A DNA stretch of 64,000 bases from a candidate division FCPU426 bacterium (lineage in GTDB: Bacteria > Oederibacteriota > Muellerivitia > Muellerivitales > Muellerivitaceae), in NCBI GenBank assembly GCA_963719085.1, contig CAVRAL010000001.1, positions 1,152,001 through 1,216,000 of the forward strand, given 5' to 3'. This document shows positions 56,446 to 64,000 of this stretch, in pieces (the first letter of the stretch is position 1; every line of letters starts with the position of its first letter). The notes beneath the pieces are model-generated. The model made no database searches, had not been told where the DNA came from, and saw only the letters and a list, made by a program, of their open reading frames with translations. The position numbers and the translations under genes are program-made.

Positions 56446-59400
56446 TCATCCCAAGGCCGGGAAGGTCCAAAAAAACGAGGCGCCTTTCCCCAACTCCGAT
56501 TCCACCCAGATGCGTCCGCCATGCCGGGTCACCACCTTTTTGCAGATGGCCAGCCCAATGCCGGTACCCGGATATTCGCGCCGGGTATGCAGGCGTTTAA
56601 AGATCTCAAAAATCTGCTCGGCATAGCGCGGCTCCAATCCAATGCCGTTGTCCCTGACGCAAAAGAGCCACTCGCCTCCATGCCGCTTGGCTTCCACATG
56701 GATTTCCGGAGGAGCGGCCGTCCTGAATTTCACCGCGTTGGCGATCAGGTTCTGGAACAACTGGGTGATTTGGTTGAAGTCGCCTTTGACTACCGGCAGT
56801 TCGGATTGAAAAACCTCGGCCCCGCTTTCCTTTAGAACCCCGTCCTGCTCGGCGAGGGTTTGACGAAGGGCCTCCGCGCAATCCACCTTCTCGAAGGGCC
56901 GTCCTCCGCTGTCCAACCGGGAATAGGCCAAGAGATCCAGGATAAGCGCCTGCATACGCATCACGCCGCTCACAGCCTCTTGGATATATTGGTCGGCGGT
57001 CGCGTCCAGCTTCCCTTTGTACTCCCGCGCCAACAGTTGGACAAAGCTGGCGACCATCCGCAAAGGCTCCTGCAGGTCATGGGACGCCACATAGGCGAAT
57101 TGCTCCAATTCCTTGTTGGAGCGGGCTAATTCCTCCATTTTCTTTCTTTGGGTGATATCCCGCCCGATTGAGGCGCTTCCCAAAGGCTTTCCCGTTTCAG
57201 GGTCCTTGATATAGACCACGCTGAAATGAACAGGAACGGGCTGGTTGGTTTTCTGGTTTTTCAACCGGACTTCCCCTTCCCAGTAGCCCTTTTCCCGCGC
57301 GCTCACGCCCTCTTGCGCGTCCAAAGCTTGAAGCCGCTGAAGATCTTCCCCAAAAAAGAACGCCTCGGGGCGAAGCGCGGCGACGTCGGTCTCCGGGTCA
57401 ATTCCCAGAATCCGGCGGCCCGCGTCATTGAGATAGGTATTCTTGCCATCCGGGTCGCTCATGGAAATAAGGTCACGGCTGCTTTCCACGATACGGGCCA
57501 ATTTCCGGACTTCTTTTTGATTTCTTTTGTTCTCCGTGATGTCCCGGAAAACCGAGACCCCGCCCCGGATCGCCCCGCCCAAGTCCCGGATCGGGCGACT
57601 GGTAGTGACCAGGTGGATCCCATCGGGCTTCAGGGGATTTCGGACGAAAAGCTCCACGTTATCGGAGGACTTTCCCGCGAGGGTCTGGGAAATGGGAAAA
57701 TCCTCCGGCGAGAGCGGGGGTCCATCCTCGCTGAAGCAAACGACGTTTTTCCGGTCCCCCCGCGGCGGGAGCGGGTCCCCTATTTGTCCGCCCAAGATAA
57801 TCTGTGCCGCGGGGTTCACAAAAAGGGTTTTGCCTTTTTCGTCGCAAACCAAGAGCCCCTCGCCCATATTGTCGACGATCGACTTCATCAAGTCCGCTTG
57901 TTCCCGAAGTTCTTTTTCGTCCTTTTTCTGCCGGGTTAAATCCCTCACGCAAGCGACCCGGGCGTCCCGCCCCTCAAAGTAAATGGGTTTGCCGGTGGCC
58001 TCGGCCGGAAAAACCGCGCCATCCTTTCGGAGCCCCTTGAACTCGTAGGCGCTTTCCACCCCGGCGGCGATATTTTGAAGGACCGCCGAGCGGCTCCCAG
58101 ACTCAATCAGGTCGCCCACCGGCATGCCCCGCATTTCCTCCGAGGTGTAGCCAAACATCCGGGCGAAAACCGAGTTGGTCGTCAAGATGCCGGCTTCCCG
58201 GGTGATGACGATGCCTTCCCGGGTGGACTCCGACAACTGGCGGAACCGCTCCTCACTTTCCAAAAGGGACAAGCGGGCGATTTGACGCTCCGAAATGTCC
58301 CGGGAATTCACGATGATTCCCCGCACCGCCGGCTCCCCCAGGGCGTTTTTACCAATGGACTCCAAGTCCCGCCAAGACCCATCCTTGTGCCGGCATCGAA
58401 ACCGCACGGATTGGGTTTGTCCCGGATCCCGCAGGAGGGCTCCAAACTTTTCCCGCACCCTCGGAAGGTCCTCTTCGTGGACCAAGCGAAAAACGTCCGA
58501 CCCCGCCAATTCTTGGGGCGGGTAACCCAAAACGGCCTGGATGCCGGCGTTGACATAAAGGACGGTGCCTTGCCCATCCAAAATCGTCACCACATCCAAC
58601 GCGTTTTCGATCAAGGCGCGGAAATATTTTTCACTGTCCTGCAGAGATTTTTCCGCCCTCCGGGCTTTTTGGAGGTTTTTTTCCGCCAGATTTCTTTCCA
58701 AGATAGCCGCCGCCAAAGCCAGAGAAGAGACGCAGGTCACCGCGGCGAAACTTTGGAGAACTAAAAGGGCCTGGTCGGGCGGCAGTCCCCCAAAAGGCCC
58801 CAAATGATTCAATGTGTTTCTTAAAGCCACGCCTGAAAGAATAAGTCCGCCCAGGGCGGTTTCCCGGGGGCCGTAACGGTAGGCCGTCCAAAGCAGGAGG
58901 GGCCCCCCCAGGAAAGCCAGGGGAAAATGTTGGCCCTCGGACAAAAACCATCCGCCGAAAACCGCCTGTCCGAGGATGAAAATAACCGCCAGGCTGGCGA
59001 GTATTTCCGGAACCCGGCGCCAATGGATTTTAGGGTCCCGCGCCCATAGCAAAATAAAAGGGGTCACGATGAGGGCCCCCGTCATGTCTCCCAACCACCA
59101 AGTCATCCAAATTTTCCAGTAGGAAGCCCAAACCGCGAAACCGCTCAAGCAAAGACTCAGGACGCCCAGCGTGGCGCTGATGAGGGTCGCCAAAACTCCA
59201 GCCAATCCCACGAACTTGAGGATGTCGGGAGCCCGTTCAAAAGCCGCGGGCCCCTGGGCAAACCGCCGGACCCAATAAGCCCCCGCCAGTCCTTCCAGGC
59301 TGTTGCCCGTGGCGATGCCAAGGGAGGTCCAAACCGTGCCCGCGGTCGTGAAGTTGACCAGAAACGCCCCCAAAAAAACGGCGGGCCAAACCCGGAAACC

Positions 59401-59571
59401 CAGGATGAGGAAACCCGCTAAAGCGATTCCCGTGGGCGGCCAAACCGCCGTCGCGCTGGCGTTGACGAAAGCCAGTTGAAGCCCCAGTTTCGCCGAGATG
59501 ACATAGGCCGCGAAAAGGAGGATCATCCCTCCCCAACCGCGCGTCCGTAAGAATAGGGCAAAGTCGTTCAT
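56446..59571 (-). CDS. MASE1 + multi-PAS sensor histidine kinase
   Basis: MASE1 (VWPPTGI, WWLGD..G), ~4 PAS/PAC units, ASHDLQEPLR H-box, N/G1/F/G2 boxes. Confidence 0.94.
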   Translation of the reverse strand: MNDFALFLRTRGWGGMILLFAAYVISAKLGLQLAFVNASATAVWPPTGIALAGFLILGFRVWPAVFLGAFLVNFTTAGTVWTSLGIATGNSLEGLAGAYWVRRFAQGPAAFERAPDILKFVGLAGVLATLISATLGVLSLCLSGFAVWASYWKIWMTWWLGDMTGALIVTPFILLWARDPKIHWRRVPEILASLAVIFILGQAVFGGWFLSEGQHFPLAFLGGPLLLWTAYRYGPRETALGGLILSGVALRNTLNHLGPFGGLPPDQALLVLQSFAAVTCVSSLALAAAILERNLAEKNLQKARRAEKSLQDSEKYFRALIENALDVVTILDGQGTVLYVNAGIQAVLGYPPQELAGSDVFRLVHEEDLPRVREKFGALLRDPGQTQSVRFRCRHKDGSWRDLESIGKNALGEPAVRGIIVNSRDISERQIARLSLLESEERFRQLSESTREGIVITREAGILTTNSVFARMFGYTSEEMRGMPVGDLIESGSRSAVLQNIAAGVESAYEFKGLRKDGAVFPAEATGKPIYFEGRDARVACVRDLTRQKKDEKELREQADLMKSIVDNMGEGLLVCDEKGKTLFVNPAAQIILGGQIGDPLPPRGDRKNVVCFSEDGPPLSPEDFPISQTLAGKSSDNVELFVRNPLKPDGIHLVTTSRPIRDLGGAIRGGVSVFRDITENKRNQKEVRKLARIVESSRDLISMSDPDGKNTYLNDAGRRILGIDPETDVAALRPEAFFFGEDLQRLQALDAQEGVSAREKGYWEGEVRLKNQKTNQPVPVHFSVVYIKDPETGKPLGSASIGRDITQRKKMEELARSNKELEQFAYVASHDLQEPLRMVASFVQLLAREYKGKLDATADQYIQEAVSGVMRMQALILDLLAYSRLDSGGRPFEKVDCAEALRQTLAEQDGVLKESGAEVFQSELPVVKGDFNQITQLFQNLIANAVKFRTAAPPEIHVEAKRHGGEWLFCVRDNGIGLEPRYAEQIFEIFKRLHTRREYPGTGIGLAICKKVVTRHGGRIWVESELGKGASFFWTFPALG

Positions 59572-59575
59572 GCGC

Positions 59576-60883
59576 TCATCCGGTCTTTATTTCCTGGTAA
59601 ACCTCAAAGCGTCCCTTCCCGGCGACCTTGGCTTGGTACATGGCCGCGTCCGCAGCCCGAAGAAGGGCGTCAGGCCCCTGAATCGCGCCGGAAGAATAAG
59701 CGATGCCCACACTGACCGTAGTCGTCACTTCACTCCCCCCCACTTGAAACGGAACCTGAAAGGCCCGCAAAATCCGGTTCGCCACCTCAATGGCTTCGGA
59801 AGGGTCTGGAATTTCCTCCACCAGAACCGTGAACTCATCGCCCCCCATTCGCGCCACCAGATCATTAGGCCTCACACTGGAGCGAAGTCGTTGGCCGACC
59901 TCAAAAAGAAGCTGGTCTCCCGCTCCGTGGCCGAAGTGGTCATTGACATATTTAAAACGGTCCAAATCCAGGAATAAAAGCGCGAAACGGCCGGAGGGAT
60001 GACGCCTCAACTTCTCAAAACATCTCGCCAAGCTTTCCATAAAATGGGGGCGGTTGGGCAGCCCCGTGAGGGGATCATAAAAGGCGCGGAGCGCCAATTG
60101 TTTTTCCATGTTCTTGTGGCGGGTGATATCGGTAAAAGAACCGGCCACCCGGGTCGCGCGCTTGCGGTCATCCCGAATCGCCATTCCCCGGACCAAAACC
60201 CACCGGTAGCGGCCGTCCTTTTGCCGAAGGCGGTGCTCGCTGGTAAAATGCGGGGTCTTGCCGCAAAGATGGTTCGAAAGGTCCCGTTGCACTCGATCGT
60301 GGTCCCCCGGATGAACCCGTCCGAACCACTCCTCCGGCTTGTCGCCGACTTCCTCTTCCGAATAGTCCAACATGAGTTTCCATCGCGGGGAGAAAAAGAC
60401 CCGGCCCGTTAAAAAATTCCAATCCCACAAACCATCGTTGGAGCCGCGCGCGGCCAAAAAATACCGTTCCTCATTCTCGCGGGCCCTTTTGAGCAGGTCA
60501 TATCGTTCGACGGCGTAGCTAATGGCGCGTTTGAGCAAGGGGCCGTTCAACTCATCCTTTAAAAGGAAATCTTGGGCGCCTTCATGGAGGGATTGAATGG
60601 CGGCCTCTTTATCCCCCAACCCCGTCAAAACCACCACAGGAACACGGGGTTCTATTTTAAGGACCGATCGAAGCGTGGAAAGGCCGGAAGAATCGGGAAG
60701 AAAAAGATCGAGCAGCACCACATCGAATTCGCCTTTGGATAGGCAATCCAGGCAAGCTCCCAACCCGTCCACCCGTTGGAGTGAATAGAGGGATTGCGAT
60801 TTTTCCCGGAGCGCGGCTTGAAGCAAAAGGGCGTCCCCGGGATTATCCTCAACCAACAAAACTCGAATCGGTTTAGGGTCCAT
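59576..60883 (-). CDS. REC-PAS-GGDEF diguanylate cyclase
   Basis: Receiver domain, PAS (GLWDW), DPLTGLPNR, RPND I-site and intact GGDEF. Confidence 0.94.
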   Translation of the reverse strand: MDPKPIRVLLVEDNPGDALLLQAALREKSQSLYSLQRVDGLGACLDCLSKGEFDVVLLDLFLPDSSGLSTLRSVLKIEPRVPVVVLTGLGDKEAAIQSLHEGAQDFLLKDELNGPLLKRAISYAVERYDLLKRARENEERYFLAARGSNDGLWDWNFLTGRVFFSPRWKLMLDYSEEEVGDKPEEWFGRVHPGDHDRVQRDLSNHLCGKTPHFTSEHRLRQKDGRYRWVLVRGMAIRDDRKRATRVAGSFTDITRHKNMEKQLALRAFYDPLTGLPNRPHFMESLARCFEKLRRHPSGRFALLFLDLDRFKYVNDHFGHGAGDQLLFEVGQRLRSSVRPNDLVARMGGDEFTVLVEEIPDPSEAIEVANRILRAFQVPFQVGGSEVTTTVSVGIAYSSGAIQGPDALLRAADAAMYQAKVAGKGRFEVYQEIKTG

Positions 60884-60917
60884 AAACGCCTCTTAGGACA
60901 ACCCAACCCCCGGCCGT

Positions 60918-61325
60918 TTAAAGCCAGGTATCTTCCACGTACCGCAGAGCCACGAACAACCGATCCAAGTCGGAGGGTTTGACGATGTAAAAATTCGCCA
61001 GGGACTCATAGGCCCGGCTGACATCGGTGTCCAATTTGGAATTCGTCAAAACCACAACAGGAATTTCCAAAAGCCTCGGATCCCGCTTGATTTCTCGCAA
61101 GACCTCAAACCCGCTTTTTCGGGGCATGTTTAAATCCAAAAGAATGAGATCGGGCTTCTCGGTTTTCAAAAAGTCCAAGGCCTCCACCCCGTCTTGGGCG
61201 CGGGATATTTCAATGGGGCGTTTGGAGGATTTAAAAACTTCCCGAATCAAAGTAACGTCGCCCGGGTTGTCCTCGATCAGCAACACATGGGTGGAACGGC
61301 TCGTCTCTTGAGTCAACGATGTCAT
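60918..61325 (-). CDS. Single-domain response regulator (Rcp1-like)
   Basis: LIEDN, PDLILLDLNMP, LTNS....D...AY...AN.YIVKP, terminal W. Confidence 0.92.
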   Translation of the reverse strand: MTSLTQETSRSTHVLLIEDNPGDVTLIREVFKSSKRPIEISRAQDGVEALDFLKTEKPDLILLDLNMPRKSGFEVLREIKRDPRLLEIPVVVLTNSKLDTDVSRAYESLANFYIVKPSDLDRLFVALRYVEDTWL

Positions 61326-61741
61326 AAAACCCCCTCTGACGATTGGCGCGTGGGTCGAAATGAGCGGGGCCGCGAATGCGCGAGCTCATATTCGGTAGGC
61401 TAAAATTAAAACGGAGAACAGGCTAAAAGACGAAGCGGCAACTTCGTGGACTCGGTTGTAACCTTCATGAAAATTTTACCCCCAAAACCCTCCGGGGGGT
61501 CCCCCACAAAGTTCACGAATCCGGGAAATCAATTACCCACGCCCTTTGGACGCCGGGCGAGCCACGGGCGGGCCGGAGAAAAAAACGCACAAAAGGGACC
61601 ACGGGTTTTCCAGAAGCCCGGCATGGGCCTGGAAATTCCCGGGAATGCGGGAGGAATTAAACCGCCCCAAAAGAGCCGGCTTAAAACGAGATGAAGATCA
61701 GCCCGCAAGCCCGTTAAACCAAATTCAAAATCACCGGAAAC

Positions 61742-61773
61742 AAAAAAGGCCCCCATGTTGGGAGCCTTTTTTT
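61742..61773 (-). terminator. Intrinsic terminator of the TPR gene
   Basis: Minus strand GGCTCCCA-ACA-TGGGGGCC followed by TTTTTT. Confidence 0.82.
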
Positions 61774-61790
61774 CAGGGTCTTGATTCAAA

Positions 61791-62783
61791 TTAGCTTTGG
61801 GCTTGCAGGTAATCCAGATGGCTCTTGGCTTGCTTCAAATAATCGGGCGTCTTGGCGTATTGGAGCACTTTGTTCCAAGCGTCCTCCGCCTCCTGCTTTT
61901 TTCCCAATCGTTCGTAGGTCAGCGCCATATCGTTGTAGATGGAGGCGTCCTCAGGCCGCAGGTTGGAGGCTTTTTGGAAAGCGCCCAAAGCGTCCTCGGG
62001 CTGGTCCTTGTCCAAATAAACATCGCCGAGGTTGAACTCAAAATCCGCGTTGTTGCCGTCCATGGTCACCGCTTGCTGCAAAAGCGCCAAGGCGTCATCT
62101 AAATTGCCCGAGCGTTGGTACATGATCGCCAAGTTATTAATGGGATCGGCGAACTGGGGATTGAAGCGAAGCGCCATCTCATACATGCGGACCGCGGCGT
62201 CGTTCATATTGAACCGGGCGTAAAGATAACCCATGGCGAAATAAGCCTTGGCGTAGGTGGGGTCGATTTCCAGGGCTTTTTTCAAGCTGAGGAAGGAGCC
62301 GTGATAATTTTTTTCGTCGAATTGCTGTTTGCCCTTGGCGTAAAGCGAATCCGGATTCCCGGTTTCAATCACCGGGTGAACTTGCTCAATATTCGTGGTA
62401 ACGACCGGATTCAGGCGGTGATGAACCACAGGACCCGCGTGGTGATGATAGACAGGTTTGGGCTTTGCCGCCAAAACCGGGGTTTGCACCAACTTCGCTT
62501 GGTCGGTTTCGGTGAAAAGAAAAGTCCAGTGGGTCATTTCGCCTAAAAAACCCACGAACAAAAGAATCAAAATCGCGATCAACCAGACAAGATCCACCAT
62601 ATCCCGGCCGATATCGCGCGCGCCATACTTACCCTCGTCGGGTTTGCCTGAGGCAGGCTTGGCCTTGCCCGCCGCAGCGGTGGGCGGCACGAAAGCGGTC
62701 GTCTTAGGAAGCTCGGTACCGCACTTGACGCATATTTTCGTGCCGTCTGGGTTTTCAGCGCTGCAAGCCGGACAAAAGATCAT
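61791..62783 (-). CDS. Zinc-ribbon + TM + TPR protein
   Basis: CPAC..N......C.KCG, one TM helix, ~5 TPR units. Confidence 0.87.
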   Translation of the reverse strand: MIFCPACSAENPDGTKICVKCGTELPKTTAFVPPTAAAGKAKPASGKPDEGKYGARDIGRDMVDLVWLIAILILLFVGFLGEMTHWTFLFTETDQAKLVQTPVLAAKPKPVYHHHAGPVVHHRLNPVVTTNIEQVHPVIETGNPDSLYAKGKQQFDEKNYHGSFLSLKKALEIDPTYAKAYFAMGYLYARFNMNDAAVRMYEMALRFNPQFADPINNLAIMYQRSGNLDDALALLQQAVTMDGNNADFEFNLGDVYLDKDQPEDALGAFQKASNLRPEDASIYNDMALTYERLGKKQEAEDAWNKVLQYAKTPDYLKQAKSHLDYLQAQS

Positions 62784-62944
62784 GAAACATCCTCGGGAGT
62801 TCAGGGTTATCGCGACCGACGAAAACGTGCCAATTTACCGCACAGCGCTAAAACCTGTCAACGTTTACAGGGCGGGCCCCGCTTAAAACCCCAAGCTTCC
62901 GGGCAGGCCCCCGGAGCCCCCAACCGGGCCACCCCCGAATTGTT

Positions 62945-64000
62945 CTATTTTAAACGTTCTAACTCATCCAACACGCGTCGTGAATTTTTCTGAAGCTGAT
63001 CCAGGTTCGTCTGGACCAGATCAAACTGCTTGCGGGCCCGATCACCGCCTTGATAAACCTGGGTGATCAATTGAAGCATTAAATCGTTGTCATTTCGCTG
63101 GTCTTCCAGCGCCTGTGATATTTCGCTCAACACACTGCTGGCTTTGCGGATGGATTTGACGATCGACATGAAAACGTCGCCCGCGTTATAGACCAGGTTC
63201 ACGTTTTCTTCGATTTTCCCCGTGGTGTTGATCAACGTGATGGCGCTGGCCGTGCGCTGGCGGATGTCATCCACCAAGTGCTTCACGTCACCGGAGGCCC
63301 GGGCTGAGGCCTCGGCCAAAATTTTGATCTCACTGGCGACCACGGCGAAACCCTGGCCATGTTCCCCGGCCCGGGCCGCCTCAATCCCGGCGTTCAAGGC
63401 CAAAAGATTTGTCTTGCGGCTGATGGAGGTGATGGTGGCTAAAAACTCGCCGATTTGGTCCGAGGCCAGGCTTAATTGCTGGATGACTTCCGCCGAGGAT
63501 CCGATGGTGGCCTTGATGTCGGTCATGGCGTTGATTTCCCGGCCCACGGCCTTGATGCCTTCCATGGCGGCTTTGGTGGCGGTGTCGGTGTCGACCGCCA
63601 CTTTTTTGCTGTCATTGACGATCAGCTCATTTAATTGGAGCAGGGATTTATTGATCCGGCTCACTTTCTCGATGGACGCGGTCCAACCGCGGATAATGTC
63701 CTGGAGCCCATGCAAGGAAGTCAACATGCCGTCTTGCTCGGTCATGAGATTGTGGACCATCTCGAAAAGAAGGCGAAAATCCCGTTCGTTGACCCCGGCG
63801 GAGACGTCGGTTTTCACCTCCACACCCGGCGAGGCGGCGGGTACGGAATCCCAAGTTTCCAAAAGGGCGGCGACCGATTGGCGGGCGTCCAGCCACTCCC
63901 CCGCCCTTCGCGCCTTTAAGCTTTCCGTTTCCAATCGCCCGACCCAGGATTCGAGCTCATCCCGCTGCCGGCGCGCGAACGCCGAGGAAAAAAACGCCCC
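62945..64000 (-). CDS. Methyl-accepting chemotaxis protein (5'-truncated by window edge)
   Basis: [29 protein letters not shown]. The frame is open to 64000, so the true start is outside the window. Confidence 0.92.
   Translation of the reverse strand, partial: GAFFSSAFARRQRDELESWVGRLETESLKARRAGEWLDARQSVAALLETWDSVPAASPGVEVKTDVSAGVNERDFRLLFEMVHNLMTEQDGMLTSLHGLQDIIRGWTASIEKVSRINKSLLQLNELIVNDSKKVAVDTDTATKAAMEGIKAVGREINAMTDIKATIGSSAEVIQQLSLASDQIGEFLATITSISRKTNLLALNAGIEAARAGEHGQGFAVVASEIKILAEASARASGDVKHLVDDIRQRTASAITLINTTGKIEENVNLVYNAGDVFMSIVKSIRKASSVLSEISQALEDQRNDNDLMLQLITQVYQGGDRARKQFDLVQTNLDQLQKNSRRVLDELERLK

Noticed and set aside
61326..61790. ncRNA or small ORFs in the long intergenic region
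   Set aside because: Only a terminator is clear; no recognisable RNA motif, and the ORFs lack an RBS or protein-like features.

Overview
Bacterial chromosomal window, probably from a diderm lineage; I cannot assign the taxon from sequence alone. Positions 1-~7.4 kb are a visibly AT-rich accessory island downstream of a tRNA-Leu(CAA). It carries a secreted PQQ-type beta-propeller gene that runs off the left edge (missed by the ORF track), a signal-peptide-bearing RHS/YD protein and small secreted hypotheticals. The rest is GC-richer, mostly minus-strand backbone: RluA, MFS, priA, an Opp/Dpp ABC system, secA, mtgA, ligA, nusB, the rib operon, gpmA, NAD kinase, a CHASE2 adenylate cyclase/FecR/beta-barrel/lipoprotein cluster, an ABC-2 exporter, nth, ychF, an ECF sigma module, pepA, a flippase/oxidoreductase/GT2 cluster, a MASE1 kinase/response regulator/GGDEF module and an MCP. 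The most unusual signals are non-coding. (i) Thirteen dispersed palindromic elements of two families, with arms built from 8-bp or 10-bp subunits around variable AT-rich spacers; one is translated as a protein N-terminus. (ii) A DUF559 endonuclease bracketed by its own palindromic inverted repeats. (iii) A conserved multi-hairpin motif present both after secA and in the long rib-operon leader, where no FMN riboswitch is recognisable.
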